Source: an uncultured Bifidobacteriaceae bacterium (lineage in GTDB: Bacteria > Acidobacteriota > Vicinamibacteria > Vicinamibacterales > UBA2999). Taken from it: 64,000 nt of DNA. Under the pieces are notes generated by a model. The model was given only the letters and a program-made list of their open reading frames with translations. It was not told the origin of the DNA and searched no databases. The stretch spans positions 10,958 through 74,957 of the forward strand of contig CAZXTM010000003.1 of NCBI GenBank assembly GCA_964643765.1, read 5' to 3'. Of this stretch, positions 9,206 to 21,807 are shown one piece after another. Position 1 is the stretch's first letter, and the number at the start of each line of letters is the position of its first letter. The position numbers and the translations under genes were made by a program.

Positions 9206-10795
9206 ATGTGGACGCGTGTGCTGAACTGGCTAGATTCCCGTACGGGCTACCGGGCCCTGCTGCACCACCTGCTTGACGAGCCGCTCCCCCCGGGCACCGG
9301 ATGGGCGTTCACCACGGGCAGCGTGGTGAGCCTGCTCCTCGGCGTGCAGGTGGTGACCGGGGTGGTGCTGGGGATGTATTACGTCCCGGCGCCCACCCTG
9401 GCCTGGGACAGCGTGCAGTACATCATGCAGTCGCTGCCGATGGGCTGGCTGGTGCGCGGCCTGCATTTCTGGGGCGCCTCGTTCATCGTGGTGGCCACTC
9501 TGGTGCACCTGGGGCGGGTGTTCGTGCTCGGGTCGTACAAGGCGCCGCGGGAAGTCACCTGGCTGACGGGCCTGGTGTCGCTGCTGGTGATCTTGGGGTT
9601 TGCGCTGAGCGGATACCTGCTGCCGTGGGATCAGAAGGCCTACTGGGCGACGACTGTGACCGTGAATGTGGCGCGCAGTGCGCCGGTGGTGGGCGAGGCG
9701 CTGGCCACCATGCTGCGCGGCGGCGAGCACCTCGGGGCGCTCACCCTCGGCCGCTGGTATGCGGCTCACGTGTTCATCCTGCCGCTGCTGCTGGGGCTCT
9801 TTGTGGTGGCGCACCTGGCGCTCATGCGCCGCCACGGCATTTCAGGGCCCATCACGCCGCGCCAGGGGGCACCGGTGTCCTTCTTCCCGTGGCATGTGAT
9901 GAAAGACACGGTGATGATGGCCGGCGCCTTCTCGGGCCTGCTGGCCGTCGCGCTGCTCCTGAAGGCCCCGCTCGACCCGGTGGCCAATCCGGCCGATGCG
10001 TCGTATGTGCCGCGGCCCGAGTGGTATTTCCTCTGGCTGTTCCAGCTGCTGAAGTACTTTCCGGGACCGCTGGAGCCAGTGGGAACCCAGCTGGTGCCTG
10101 GGGCCCTGGTGGGATTCCTGCTCCTGCTGCCGTTCCTCGACCGTCGTCCGGATCGGCATCCCTGGGCGCGCGCGCGGCGCCCGTTCACGGTGGCGATGCT
10201 TGGCGTGGCCGGGGTGCTCACGGGCCTGACGGTGCTGGGACTCCGGGATGCGCCGGCCACTGAGCACGGCGCCACGTGGGGCCTGGTGCCGCTCGGAGGG
10301 CAGGCGCTGGTGATGGGGGCGGGGGCGACCTGCAGCCGCTGCCATGTCGACGGCGGGGCGGCGGCTCCCCTGACCCGGGTGCGGCTGCGCCGCGATGACG
10401 AGTGGCTGCTGAACCACGTGGTCGACCCGGTGACGATTGCCCCGGGTGTCCGCACCGAGGACGATCCGGCGCCCCGGTCCACGCTTGGACGCTACGGACC
10501 GCAGGCCGTGGTGGCCTACCTGCGACGGGTGGAGGCCGGGACAGCGGCGCCGGAGGTTGGTCCCGATGTGGCCCTGGCAGCGTCGACGTTTGTCGGCGTC
10601 TGCGCCACCTGCCATCGGCTGGATGGCGAGGGGGGGCAGGTGGGGCCGGAGCTGACCGACGTCGGAGCGCGGCATGATAGGGTCGCGCTGCAGGCGCTGC
10701 TCGAAAACGGCCAGGGACGGATGCCCGGGTTCGCCAAGCGGCTGGCTCCTGAGCAGCTGCAGGCGTTGACTGCCTATCTCGCCAGCCGGAAGTAA
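9206..10795 (+). CDS. Cytochrome b (b6 + subunit IV type) fused to a C-terminal region with two heme c motifs
   Basis: Heme b histidine pairs lie in RGLHFWGASFIVVATLVHLG and AAHVFILPLLLGLFVVAHLA. Qo-site PEWYFLW is present, then an extra TM helix, then CSRCH and CATCH. The second has a class I cytochrome c context (GRMPGF). Starts 3 bp after the Rieske stop. Confidence 0.88.
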   Translation: MWTRVLNWLDSRTGYRALLHHLLDEPLPPGTGWAFTTGSVVSLLLGVQVVTGVVLGMYYVPAPTLAWDSVQYIMQSLPMGWLVRGLHFWGASFIVVATLVHLGRVFVLGSYKAPREVTWLTGLVSLLVILGFALSGYLLPWDQKAYWATTVTVNVARSAPVVGEALATMLRGGEHLGALTLGRWYAAHVFILPLLLGLFVVAHLALMRRHGISGPITPRQGAPVSFFPWHVMKDTVMMAGAFSGLLAVALLLKAPLDPVANPADASYVPRPEWYFLWLFQLLKYFPGPLEPVGTQLVPGALVGFLLLLPFLDRRPDRHPWARARRPFTVAMLGVAGVLTGLTVLGLRDAPATEHGATWGLVPLGGQALVMGAGATCSRCHVDGGAAAPLTRVRLRRDDEWLLNHVVDPVTIAPGVRTEDDPAPRSTLGRYGPQAVVAYLRRVEAGTAAPEVGPDVALAASTFVGVCATCHRLDGEGGQVGPELTDVGARHDRVALQALLENGQGRMPGFAKRLAPEQLQALTAYLASRK

Positions 10796-10800
10796 ATTGC

Positions 10801-10829
10801 TTGCGGGGGCTTCGGCCCCGTGCTATGCT
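10801..10829 (+). promoter_or_regulatory. Sigma-70-like promoter candidate for the str operon
   Basis: TTGCGG (10801-10806), a 17-bp spacer, then TATGCT (10824-10829). It overlaps a weak GGGGC-TTCG-GCCCC hairpin that could terminate the cytochrome b transcript. Confidence 0.3.
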
Positions 10830-10843
10830 CGACAGGTTCTTGT

Positions 10844-10869
10844 GAGACTAGGACACCCTATCTAGTCTC
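10844..10869 (+). promoter_or_regulatory. Perfect 8-bp inverted repeat in the rpsL leader
   Basis: GAGACTAG (10844-10851), 10-nt loop, CTAGTCTC (10862-10869), within a ~235-bp untranslated region upstream of rpsL. Confidence 0.35.
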
Positions 10870-11032
10870 AATTGCATCGTGACGCGAGCCATTCGGAGCG
10901 TCATCCGATGCCGGACACCATAAACAGTAGGGGTTTGCCAGAGGTGCCAAGTCGTCAGACTTTCAGGCCTCAGGCGCCACGGCCACCGCAAGGTGGTGGT
11001 GGGTGATTTTGTCGCTTGGAGTGGAGCGAAGC

Positions 11033-11407
11033 GTGCCGACGATCAGTCAGCTTGTCCGCAACGGACGCGAACAGATTCGCTGGAAGACAAAGAGTCCGGC
11101 GCTGCAGGAAAGCCCGCAGAAGCGCGGGGTCTGCGTGCGTGTGTTCACCCAGACGCCGAAGAAGCCGAATTCGGCGCTTCGGAAGGTGGCGCGTGTCCGC
11201 CTGACCAACAAGCTGGAGGTGACCACCTACATTCCCGGGGTGGGCCACAACCTGCAGGAGCACTCGCTGGTGCTGGTCCGCGGCGGTCGTGTCAAGGATC
11301 TGCCGGGTGTGCGCTACCACGTGGTGCGTGGGACGCTCGATGCCGTGGGTGTGCAGGGGCGCAAGCAGGGCCGCTCGAAGTACGGCGCCAAGCGTCCGAA
11401 GCAGTAA
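11033..11407 (+). CDS. rpsL: 30S ribosomal protein S12
   Basis: GTG at 11033 is preceded by GGAG with a 6-nt spacer. [26 protein letters not shown] and [14 protein letters not shown] are present. 124 aa. Confidence 0.96.
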   Translation: MPTISQLVRNGREQIRWKTKSPALQESPQKRGVCVRVFTQTPKKPNSALRKVARVRLTNKLEVTTYIPGVGHNLQEHSLVLVRGGRVKDLPGVRYHVVRGTLDAVGVQGRKQGRSKYGAKRPKQ

Positions 11408-11425
11408 GCGAGAGCGAGACGAGAT

Positions 11426-11899
11426 ATGCCGCGTAGACGAGTAATCGCGAAGCGTGAACTGGCCCCGGATGCGCTGTACGGCAGCCCGCTGGTGACCAAG
11501 TTCATCAACACCATCATGCTGCAGGGGCGCCGGTCGACGGCGCAGCGCATTCTCTACGAGAGCTTTGACATCATCAAGGAGCGCTCGGGGGATGATCCGC
11601 TGAAGGTGTTCAAGAAGGCGCTCGACAACGTGAAGCCCGCGCTCGAGGTCAAGTCGCGGCGCGTGGGCGGATCGAACTACCAGGTGCCGATCGAGGTCAA
11701 CCCGAACCGCCGCCTGTCGCTGAGCATCCGCTGGGTTGTCAGCTATGCCCGCTCGCGCGGTGACGGCAAGACGATGCAGGAGAAGCTGGCCAACGAGCTG
11801 CTCGATGCAGCAAACCTGCGTGGCGGCGCGGTGAAGAAGCGCGAAGACACGCACCGGATGGCCGAGGCCAACAAGGCCTTCGCCCACTACCGCTGGTAA
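11426..11899 (+). CDS. rpsG: 30S ribosomal protein S7
   Basis: [11 protein letters not shown]..., [23 protein letters not shown] and [20 protein letters not shown]. Confidence 0.97.
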   Translation: MPRRRVIAKRELAPDALYGSPLVTKFINTIMLQGRRSTAQRILYESFDIIKERSGDDPLKVFKKALDNVKPALEVKSRRVGGSNYQVPIEVNPNRRLSLSIRWVVSYARSRGDGKTMQEKLANELLDAANLRGGAVKKREDTHRMAEANKAFAHYRW

Positions 11900-11912
11900 C
11901 ACGTCCGACCAC

Positions 11913-11928
11913 GGCGCCCCGGGGCGCC
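11913..11928 (+). promoter_or_regulatory. GC palindrome in the rpsG-fusA spacer
   Basis: GGCGCCCC/GGGGCGCC is a perfect 16-nt palindrome in the 87-bp spacer. Function unknown (intercistronic hairpin). Confidence 0.2.
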
Positions 11929-11986
11929 GGGCGGCGCACGGCGCAACAGACAACGCACGACACTGCGGAAAGCGACTGAAGCAGCA

Positions 11987-14098
<2,112 letters not shown>

Positions 14099-14126
14099 GC
14101 GCAAGGCACAAGGCAAAGGCAGAACC

Positions 14127-14456
<330 letters not shown>

Positions 14457-14459
14457 GCC

Positions 14460-15140
14460 ATGGTGACTGGAATCATCGGCAGGAAAGTCGGCATGACGCA
14501 GCTGTTCCTCGAGGACGGCACGCTCGAGCCGGCGACGGTTCTCAAGGCCGGTCCGTGTGTCGTGGTGCAGGCCAAGACACAGCAGGGCGAGGGCTACGAC
14601 GCGGTGCAGATTGGCTTTGTCGACGGCAAGTACAAGGCCAACAAGCCGACGGCGGGACACTTCAAGCGGGCGCAGGTGCCTGCGACGCGTGTGCGGCGCG
14701 AAGTGGGTGTGGCCAAGGGGGCCAGCGCCCCGGCGCCGGGCGACCAGGTGCTGGTATCGATCTTCAACCAGGGCGAGCGGGTCGACGTGGTGGGTACGAG
14801 CAAGGGCCACGGCTTCCAGGGCGTCGTCAAGCGCCACCACTTTGGTGGTGGCGACAAGAGCCACGGCTCGATGTTCCACCGGGCGCCGGGTTCCATTGGC
14901 GCTTCGTCGTATCCGTCGCGCGTGATGCCGGGGATGCGCGCACACGGGCACATGGGGGTTGACCGCATCACGGTGCGGAACCTGAAGGTGCTCAAGATCG
15001 ATGCAGAGAACAACCTGCTGCTGGTCAAGGGGTCCATCCCCGGGGCCAATGGCGGTTACGTGGTGATTCGGAAGGCCGTGGCGGCCAAGCCGGAGCCGCA
15101 GCCGCAACTGCAGGAGAAGCCCAAGAAGGGCAAGAAGTAG
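14460..15140 (+). CDS. rplC: 50S ribosomal protein L3
   Basis: [13 protein letters not shown]... and [20 protein letters not shown]. Confidence 0.96.
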   Translation: MVTGIIGRKVGMTQLFLEDGTLEPATVLKAGPCVVVQAKTQQGEGYDAVQIGFVDGKYKANKPTAGHFKRAQVPATRVRREVGVAKGASAPAPGDQVLVSIFNQGERVDVVGTSKGHGFQGVVKRHHFGGGDKSHGSMFHRAPGSIGASSYPSRVMPGMRAHGHMGVDRITVRNLKVLKIDAENNLLLVKGSIPGANGGYVVIRKAVAAKPEPQPQLQEKPKKGKK

Positions 15141-15146
15141 GCCGTC

Positions 15147-15767
15147 ATGACAGTAGATGTGGTCAACGCGGAAAACAAGAAGGTCGGCACCGTCTCGGTC
15201 AGTGACGAGGTGTTTGGCGGCCGGGTCAAGACCGACCTGATTCATGAATCGGTTGTTCGTGCCAATGCGGCCGAGCGCCGGGGCACGCACGCGACGAAGA
15301 ACCGCGCGCTGGTCAGCGGGTCGGGCAAGAAGCCGTGGCGTCAGAAGGGGACGGGTCGCGCGCGCGTGGGCGAGATTCGGAACCCGTTGTGGCGGAAGGG
15401 CGGCACGGTGTTCGGCCCCCAGCCGCGCAGCTACGAATATCAGTTGCCGAAGAAGGTCGAGAAGGGTGCGCTGCGGGCGGCCCTGTCGGCCAAGCTGCAG
15501 GGCGGCTCGATGGTGGTGGTCGACGCTCTGGCGGTGCCGGCGGTGAAGACCAAGGCCGCGGTGGAGATGCTGAAGACCATCGGGGTGACCGGTAAGGCCC
15601 TGCTGGTGGATGTGCGTCCCGACGAGACGCTGGCGCTGTCGGTGCGGAACGTGCCGGGCGTGCACCTGCTGCCGAGCAACCGGATTACGGCGCGCGATGT
15701 GGCGAATACGCGGACGGTGGTCGTGACGCGTGCGGCGCTCGAAAAACTGGAGGCCGCCCTCGGGTAG
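15147..15767 (+). CDS. rplD: 50S ribosomal protein L4
   Basis: [42 protein letters not shown]10-operon position. Confidence 0.95.
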   Translation: MTVDVVNAENKKVGTVSVSDEVFGGRVKTDLIHESVVRANAAERRGTHATKNRALVSGSGKKPWRQKGTGRARVGEIRNPLWRKGGTVFGPQPRSYEYQLPKKVEKGALRAALSAKLQGGSMVVVDALAVPAVKTKAAVEMLKTIGVTGKALLVDVRPDETLALSVRNVPGVHLLPSNRITARDVANTRTVVVTRAALEKLEAALG

Positions 15768-15803
15768 CCCCGGGAGCGCCTGCAGAAAGCTGAGAGAGCA
15801 GAC

Positions 15804-16094
15804 ATGAAACTCACCGATGTGATTCGGCGGCCGCTGGTGACCGAAAAGACGACGATGCTCCGCGAGGCGGGGCAGACGGTGGTCTTCGAGGTGGCGCGCG
15901 AAGCCAACAAGATTGATGTGAAGCGGGCGGTCGAGACACTGCTTGGCGCGAAGGTCGACGCGGTGCGGACGGCCAACACGCAGGGCAAGCTCAAGCGCCA
16001 GGGTCGCTTCGTGGGCCGTCGTTCCGACTGGAAGAAGGCCTACGTCACGCTGAAGGACGGGCAGAAGCTCCCCGACTTCATGGAAGGGGCATAA
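15804..16094 (+). CDS. rplW: 50S ribosomal protein L23
   Basis: [11 protein letters not shown]... and KKAYVTLK. 96 aa, in operon order. Confidence 0.94.
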   Translation: MKLTDVIRRPLVTEKTTMLREAGQTVVFEVAREANKIDVKRAVETLLGAKVDAVRTANTQGKLKRQGRFVGRRSDWKKAYVTLKDGQKLPDFMEGA

Positions 16095-16097
16095 GCC

Positions 16098-16922
16098 ATG
16101 CCTATTCGTTCATTCAAGCCCACGTCTCCCGCCCGTCGCCAGATGACGGTGCAGACGTTCGATGAGATTACGGTCGACCGGCCCTACAAGCCGCTGACCG
16201 AACCGGCCAAGGTGTCTGGCGGCCGCAACAACACCGGCGAGCAGACGTCCTGGTGGCGGGGCGGCGGACACAAGCGTCTGTATCGCATCATCGACTTCAA
16301 GCGCGACAAGCGCGGCATTCCGGCGACCGTCTCGACGATCGAGTACGACCCGAACCGGTCGGCGCGGATTGCGCTGGTGACGTATGCCGATGGCGAGAAG
16401 CGCTACATCCTGCAGCCGCTCGGGCTGAAGGTGGGCGACACGATCGTGGCCGGGGAGGGTGTCGACATCCTGCCGGGCAACTGCCTGCCGCTGGGCCAGA
16501 TTCCGCTGGGCACGATGGTGCACAACGTCGAGCTGAAGCCCGGCAAGGGCGGCCAGCTGGCGCGCAGCGCCGGCGCTGGTGTGCAGGTGGTGGCCAAGGA
16601 AGGCGACTACGTCTCGGTGAAGATGCCGTCGGGCGAGATCCGCAAGATTGCGATGGTCTGCATGGCGACGGTGGGCCAGGTGGGCAACCTCGACCACGAG
16701 AATGTGACCATCGGCAAGGCCGGTCGCAGCCGCTGGCTGGGCAAGCGCCCGCATGTCCGCGGCGTGGCGATGAACCCGGTCGACCACCCGCTGGGTGGCG
16801 GCGAGGGCAAGACCTCGGGCGGTCGTCATCCGGTGACGCCGTGGGGCGTGCCGACCAAGGGATACAAGACCCGCACGCGTCGGCCGAGTGATGCGTTCAT
16901 CGTGCAGCGGCGGCCGAAGTAG
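16098..16922 (+). CDS. rplB: 50S ribosomal protein L2
   Basis: [14 protein letters not shown]..., [41 protein letters not shown]. Confidence 0.98.
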   Translation: MPIRSFKPTSPARRQMTVQTFDEITVDRPYKPLTEPAKVSGGRNNTGEQTSWWRGGGHKRLYRIIDFKRDKRGIPATVSTIEYDPNRSARIALVTYADGEKRYILQPLGLKVGDTIVAGEGVDILPGNCLPLGQIPLGTMVHNVELKPGKGGQLARSAGAGVQVVAKEGDYVSVKMPSGEIRKIAMVCMATVGQVGNLDHENVTIGKAGRSRWLGKRPHVRGVAMNPVDHPLGGGEGKTSGGRHPVTPWGVPTKGYKTRTRRPSDAFIVQRRPK

Positions 16923-16952
16923 CGGCGCCCAGCTTGAGAGCAGAGAACTGAT

Positions 16953-17246
16953 ATGAGCCGTTCACTGAAGAAGGGACCGTTTGTCGACACCCACCTGCTC
17001 GAGAAGGTGGAATCGATGAACAGCGCCAACGAGAAGAAGGTGGTCAAGACCTGGTCACGCCGGTCGACCGTGATTCCCGAGATGGTCGGGCACACGCTGG
17101 CGGTGCACAACGGACGGAAGTTCGTGCCGGTCTATATCACCGAAAACATGGTGGGGCACAAACTGGGCGAGTTCTCGCCGACGCGTGCCTTCAAGGGACA
17201 CGCGGCGAAGGCTGAGAAGTCGGCGTCACCGGGTGGAAAGGGCTAG
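16953..17246 (+). CDS. rpsS: 30S ribosomal protein S19
   Basis: [12 protein letters not shown]... and [29 protein letters not shown]. Confidence 0.97.
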   Translation: MSRSLKKGPFVDTHLLEKVESMNSANEKKVVKTWSRRSTVIPEMVGHTLAVHNGRKFVPVYITENMVGHKLGEFSPTRAFKGHAAKAEKSASPGGKG

Positions 17247-17249
17247 GCC

Positions 17250-17675
17250 ATGGTGCAGGCAGCAGCAACCGCGAAGTATGTGCGGACCTCGGCGCAGAAG
17301 GCCGGGCTCGTGCTTGATCTGATCCGTGGCAAGGACGTCAACCAGGCCCTGACCGTGCTGCAGTTCAGCCGGAAGTCGGTGGCGCGCGACGTGGCCAAGG
17401 TGCTGCGGTCGGCGGTGGCCAACGCGCAGCAGACGGCCGGGTTCGGCGGCGAAGTCGACCGGCTGTATGTCTCGAAGTGCCATGCGGACAACGGCCCGTC
17501 GATGAAGCGGGTGCGGCCGGCCCCGATGGGGCGGGCGTTCCGGATTATCAAGCGCACCACGCACCTGACGGTGCAGGTGAGCGAGCGGCCGCAGAAGGTG
17601 AAGGCCGTGGGATCTGATGCCGCCACGACGCGGGCATCGCGTACGAAGAAGACTCCGCCCGCGGCGGCCGAGTAA
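17250..17675 (+). CDS. rplV: 50S ribosomal protein L22
   Basis: [27 protein letters not shown] and [20 protein letters not shown], with a basic C-terminal extension. Confidence 0.95.
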   Translation: MVQAAATAKYVRTSAQKAGLVLDLIRGKDVNQALTVLQFSRKSVARDVAKVLRSAVANAQQTAGFGGEVDRLYVSKCHADNGPSMKRVRPAPMGRAFRIIKRTTHLTVQVSERPQKVKAVGSDAATTRASRTKKTPPAAAE

Positions 17676-17688
17676 GAGGGAGATCACA

Positions 17689-18420
17689 GTGGGCCAGAAA
17701 GTTCACCCGTACGGATTCCGGATCGGGTTCAACAAGACCTGGAAGTCACGCTGGTTTGCGGACAAGGATTACGCCGACCTGCTGCACGAAGACCTGGCGC
17801 TCAAGCGTGAGCTCAAGCGCCGGTTCCAGCATGCGGGCGTAGCGAAGGTCGAGATTGAACGCGCGGCCAACAAGCTGAAGATTGACATCCACACCTCACG
17901 TCCCGGAATCATCATCGGGCGCAAGGGGCAGGAAGTCGACAAGCTGAAGCAGGAGATCCAGAAGCGCACCAAGCGCGAGGTCTTCATCAACATCCAGGAA
18001 ATCCAGAAGCCTGAGCTCGATGCCCAGCTGGTGGGCGAGTCGGTGGCGATGCAGCTGGAAAAGCGCGTGGCGTTCCGCCGCGCGATGCGCAAGGCGGTCG
18101 AGTCGGCGCTGCGGTTTGGCGCCCGGGGCATCAAGGTGCGTGTGTCGGGCCGCCTGAATGGGGCCGAGATTGCCCGCTCCGAGTGGTATCTGCACGGCCA
18201 GCTGCCGCTGCAGACGCTGCGCGCGGACATCGACTACGGCTTTGCCGAGGCCAGCACGACCTATGGCCAGATTGGCGTGAAGGTGTGGCTCTACAAGGGC
18301 GAGCGCCTGACGCCGCGTGTGGGTCGTGAAGAGGAGTTCGGCGGCGGTCGTCCCGACCGTGACCGGGACCGTGATCGCGATCGGGGGCCGAGGCGTCCTC
18401 GACCTGAGGCCCGCGGGTAG
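17689..18420 (+). CDS. rpsC: 30S ribosomal protein S3 with an Arg/Asp-repeat C-terminal tail
   Basis: GTG at 17689 is preceded by [21 protein letters not shown] domain and [10 protein letters not shown] are present. The tail is [26 protein letters not shown]. Confidence 0.96.
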   Translation: MGQKVHPYGFRIGFNKTWKSRWFADKDYADLLHEDLALKRELKRRFQHAGVAKVEIERAANKLKIDIHTSRPGIIIGRKGQEVDKLKQEIQKRTKREVFINIQEIQKPELDAQLVGESVAMQLEKRVAFRRAMRKAVESALRFGARGIKVRVSGRLNGAEIARSEWYLHGQLPLQTLRADIDYGFAEASTTYGQIGVKVWLYKGERLTPRVGREEEFGGGRPDRDRDRDRDRGPRRPRPEARG

Positions 18421-18448
18421 CGGCGGGCGGCATTGAAGGACTGACATC

Positions 18449-18874
18449 ATGTTGATGCCGAAGAAGGTCAAGTACCGCAAGCAGCAGCGCGGTCGGATGT
18501 GTGGCAAGGCGTGGCGCGGGTCGGATGTCTCGTTCGGAGACTTCGGGCTCAAGGCGCTCGAGCCCTGCTGGCTGACCGACCGGCAGATTGAGGCGGCGCG
18601 CGTGGCGATGACGCGCTTCATCAAGCGCGGCGGAAAGATCTGGGTGCGGGTGTTCCCCGACAAGCCGGTGACCAAGAAGCCGCAGGAAACGCGCATGGGC
18701 AAGGGCAAGGGCGCACCTGAGGGCTGGGTCGTGGTGGTGCGTCCCGGTCGCATCCTGTTCGAGATGGAAGGGGTGCCCGAGGCGGATGCGCGTCGGGCCA
18801 TGGAGCTGGCCTCGGCCAAGCTGCCCATCAAGACCAAGTTTGCGACGCGGTTTGCGCAGGAGAAGGTGTCATGA
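18449..18874 (+). CDS. rplP: 50S ribosomal protein L16
   Basis: [17 protein letters not shown]... and [25 protein letters not shown]. Confidence 0.97.
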   Translation: MLMPKKVKYRKQQRGRMCGKAWRGSDVSFGDFGLKALEPCWLTDRQIEAARVAMTRFIKRGGKIWVRVFPDKPVTKKPQETRMGKGKGAPEGWVVVVRPGRILFEMEGVPEADARRAMELASAKLPIKTKFATRFAQEKVS

Positions 18875-19059
18875 AGGCGGTCGAACTGAGAGACCTCGAC
18901 GTGGACGGTCTGCAGGTGAAGGCGCAGGAGCTTGACGACCAGCTGTTCCGGATGCGGATTCAGAAGTCCCTGGGCCAGCTGGAAGCACCCGGGAAGATGA
19001 AGGATGTGCGCCGCGACCTGGCCCGCATCAAGACCATTCTCAGAGAGAAGGCGAAGTAG
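18871..19059 (+). CDS. rpmC: 50S ribosomal protein L29
   Basis: 62 aa with ELRDL...[11 protein letters not shown]. 4-bp overlap with rplP; operon position. Confidence 0.92.
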   Translation: MKAVELRDLDVDGLQVKAQELDDQLFRMRIQKSLGQLEAPGKMKDVRRDLARIKTILREKAK

Positions 19060-19061
19060 TC

Positions 19062-19316
19062 ATGGCGGCGAAGGCAGAACTGCAGGGTGTGGTCGTCAGC
19101 GACAAGATGCAGAAGAGCGTCGTGGTCGCGGTCGAGCGCCGGGTGCAGCACCCGGTGTACGGCAAGACCCAGAAGCGGACCAGCCGGTTCGTGGCGCACA
19201 ACGAGGGTGAGGCGGCGCGCCTGGGCGACCGGGTGGCGATCACCGAAACGCGGCCGATGAGCGCCCGCAAGCGCTGGACGGTGACGCGCGTCATCGAGCG
19301 CGCGGCGCAGGTGTAG
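19062..19316 (+). CDS. rpsQ: 30S ribosomal protein S17
   Basis: [29 protein letters not shown] and [11 protein letters not shown]. Confidence 0.95.
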   Translation: MAAKAELQGVVVSDKMQKSVVVAVERRVQHPVYGKTQKRTSRFVAHNEGEAARLGDRVAITETRPMSARKRWTVTRVIERAAQV

Positions 19317-19329
19317 GAGGAGGCGACCC

Positions 19330-19698
19330 ATGATCCAGATGCGATCGATTCTTGATGTCGCCGATAACTCGGGGGCGCGGAAGATTTCCGTGATCAACCC
19401 CATCGGCGGCTCGACCGGGCGCTATGCCTATCTGGGCGACATCATCACGGCCAACGTGAAGGAGGCCTCGCCCGAGTCGAATGTGAAGAAGGGCCAGGTG
19501 GTGAAGGCCGTGGTCGTGCGCGTGCGCAAGGAGCAGCGCCGGAAGGATGGCAGCTACATCCGGTTCGACCGGAACGCGGCCGTGCTGATCAACGACCAGG
19601 GCGACCCCATTGGCACCCGCGTATTCGGGCCGGTGGCGCGTGAGCTGCGCGAGCGCCGGTTCATGAAGATCATTTCTCTGGCGCCCGAGGTGCTGTAG
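19330..19698 (+). CDS. rplN: 50S ribosomal protein L14
   Basis: [18 protein letters not shown]... and [12 protein letters not shown]. 122 aa. Confidence 0.98.
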   Translation: MIQMRSILDVADNSGARKISVINPIGGSTGRYAYLGDIITANVKEASPESNVKKGQVVKAVVVRVRKEQRRKDGSYIRFDRNAAVLINDQGDPIGTRVFGPVARELRERRFMKIISLAPEVL

Positions 19699-19700
19699 TC

Positions 19701-20027
19701 ATGGCATCGATGAGCATTCGCAAGAACGACCAGGTGACGGTGCGCGCCGGCAAGGACCGCGGCAAGCAGGGCCGCGTGCTACAGGTGCTGGCCGACAAGA
19801 ACCGGGTGGTCGTGGAGGGCGTGAACATCATCAAGCGCCACACCAAGCCGAACCCGAACAAGAACATCAAGGGCGGCATTGTCGAGCGCGAGGCGCCGAT
19901 CCATGCCAGCAATGTGATGCTGGTCGACCCGGAAACGGGCAAGCCGACCCGCATCGGGCACACGACGCTGGCCGACGGCCGTCGGGTGCGGATTGGCCGC
20001 AAGAGCGGCGCGCAGGTGGACAAATGA
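19701..20027 (+). CDS. rplX: 50S ribosomal protein L24
   Basis: [21 protein letters not shown] (KOW motif) and [14 protein letters not shown]. Confidence 0.95.
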   Translation: MASMSIRKNDQVTVRAGKDRGKQGRVLQVLADKNRVVVEGVNIIKRHTKPNPNKNIKGGIVEREAPIHASNVMLVDPETGKPTRIGHTTLADGRRVRIGRKSGAQVDK

Positions 20028-20578
20028 AGTCGAAGCTGACGCGGTTGCGCGCAAAGTACGAGCAGGAAGTCATTCCCGGCCTGACGAAGGAGTTCGGCTA
20101 CACGAACGTGATGGCCGTGCCGAAGGTTACCAAGGTGGTGATCAACATGGGGCTGGGTGACGCGACGCAGAACGCCAAGGTGGTGGACGTGGGCGCCGAT
20201 GAGCTCGGCAAGATCACGGGCCAGAAAGCGGCCGTGCGCCGGGCGAAGAAGTCGATTGCGCAGTTCAAGGTGCGCCAGGGCATGCCCATCGGGGCGATGG
20301 TGACGCTGCGGGGCGAGCGGATGTACGAGTTCCTCGACCGCCTGTTCAGCATTGCGCTGCCGCGCGTGCGTGACTTCCGGGGCGTCTCGTCCCGCGGGTT
20401 CGACGGCCGTGGCAACTATACGCTGGGCCTGCGCGACCAGCTGATTTTCACTGAGATCGATTACTTGAAGGTGGACAAGGCGCGCGGGATGAACCTGTGC
20501 GTGGTGACCACGGCCAAGACCGATGCGGAGGCCCGCAAGCTGCTGCAGCTGCTGGGCATGCCGTTCCGCCAGAACTAA
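20024..20578 (+). CDS. rplE: 50S ribosomal protein L5
   Basis: [36 protein letters not shown] and [20 protein letters not shown]. Confidence 0.97.
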   Translation: MKSKLTRLRAKYEQEVIPGLTKEFGYTNVMAVPKVTKVVINMGLGDATQNAKVVDVGADELGKITGQKAAVRRAKKSIAQFKVRQGMPIGAMVTLRGERMYEFLDRLFSIALPRVRDFRGVSSRGFDGRGNYTLGLRDQLIFTEIDYLKVDKARGMNLCVVTTAKTDAEARKLLQLLGMPFRQN

Positions 20579-20593
20579 GAGAGGACGATCGCC

Positions 20594-20779
20594 GTGGCCA
20601 CCAAAGCGAAGAAGGCGCGCGAAGAGAAGACGCTGAAGTTTGAGGTTCGTCACCGGAACCGGTGCCGCCGCTGCGGCCGGTCGCGGGCGTACCTGCGCAA
20701 GTTCGGGATGTGCCGTCTGTGTTTCCGTGAGCTGGCGCTCACCGGCGACGTGGCCGGCGTGACGAAGAGTAGCTGGTAA
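20594..20779 (+). CDS. rpsN: 30S ribosomal protein S14, type Z (zinc-ribbon form)
   Basis: 61 aa with CRRCGR...CRLCFRE (CxxC-x12-CxxC), ending KSSW. Confidence 0.95.
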   Translation: MATKAKKAREEKTLKFEVRHRNRCRRCGRSRAYLRKFGMCRLCFRELALTGDVAGVTKSSW

Positions 20780-20850
20780 GCCCCCTGGGACCGGGGCGGT
20801 GCGCCGCCCTGCGCCGGGGACTGTTGAACTGCTGAAGAGCCGAGAGAGTC

Positions 20851-21264
20851 ATGACTGATCCGATTGCCGATATGCTGACGCGCATCCGCAACGCCGTGCA
20901 TGCCAGGCATGCGCGAGTCGAGTTGCCCGCGTCGACGCTGAAGACCGAAATCGCGAAGATCCTGCAGGACGAGGGGTATATCGCCGGCTACAAGCTGGTC
21001 GAGACGCCGTCCGAGCGGCCCGGCAAGGCGCCGCGCCAGGTGATGCGCGTGTTTCTCAAGTATGGTCCCGGGGGCGAACGGGTCATTTCCGGACTCGAGC
21101 GTGTGAGCCGTCCCGGGCGCCGGGTCTACACCGGGCACGACGGGGTGCCGTCGGTGCTTGGGGGCCTCGGGGTCAGCATCCTGACGACATCCCGGGGCGT
21201 GATGACCGGGCGGGCCGCCAGGAAAGCCGGCATCGGCGGCGAAATCCTCTGCAACGTGTGGTGA
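20851..21264 (+). CDS. rpsH: 30S ribosomal protein S8
   Basis: [15 protein letters not shown]... and [10 protein letters not shown]...GGEILCNVW. Confidence 0.96.
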   Translation: MTDPIADMLTRIRNAVHARHARVELPASTLKTEIAKILQDEGYIAGYKLVETPSERPGKAPRQVMRVFLKYGPGGERVISGLERVSRPGRRVYTGHDGVPSVLGGLGVSILTTSRGVMTGRAARKAGIGGEILCNVW

Positions 21265-21268
21265 CGCC

Positions 21269-21805
21269 ATGTCGAGAATTGGAAAGAAGCCCATTGCGAT
21301 CCCGAAGGGGGTCACCGTTAAAGTTGACGGCGATGCCGTCGAAGTCAAGGGCCCGAAGGGCCAGATGCGCCAGGCGCTCCCGCCGGGCGTGACAGCGGTG
21401 GTCGAGGACGGCCAGCTGCTGACGCGCAAGGCGAGCGAGGATCGGGCGCTCGACAAGTTCCATGGGTTGGCGCGCAGCCTCGTGAACAACGCCGTGCTGG
21501 GCGTGACCGATGGCTGGAAGCGCGAGCTCGATATTGTCGGCGTTGGGTATCGCGCCGAACTGAAGGGACAGCAGATGACGCTGGCCCTGGGGTATTCGCA
21601 TCCGGTGGTGTTCGACGTGCCGAAGGGCATCGAGGTCACCATCGACAAGCAGACCCACATCACCGTGACGGGCGTAGACCGTCAGCTCGTGGGACAGGTG
21701 GCCGCCAACCTGCGCAGCCTCCGCAAGCCCGATCCATACCAGCAGAAGGGCGTGCGGTATACGGGTGAAGTGCTGAAGAAGAAGGCCGGAAAGACCGGAG
21801 CGTAG
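21269..21805 (+). CDS. rplF: 50S ribosomal protein L6
   Basis: [17 protein letters not shown]..., VGVGYRAEL and [14 protein letters not shown]. Confidence 0.96.
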   Translation: MSRIGKKPIAIPKGVTVKVDGDAVEVKGPKGQMRQALPPGVTAVVEDGQLLTRKASEDRALDKFHGLARSLVNNAVLGVTDGWKRELDIVGVGYRAELKGQQMTLALGYSHPVVFDVPKGIEVTIDKQTHITVTGVDRQLVGQVAANLRSLRKPDPYQQKGVRYTGEVLKKKAGKTGA

Positions 21806-21807
21806 CG

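Noticed and set aside
2478-11032. Possibility that the rpoC-rpsL insertion is a mobile genomic island
   Set aside because: No integrase, transposase, tRNA attachment site, flanking direct repeats or visible compositional shift.
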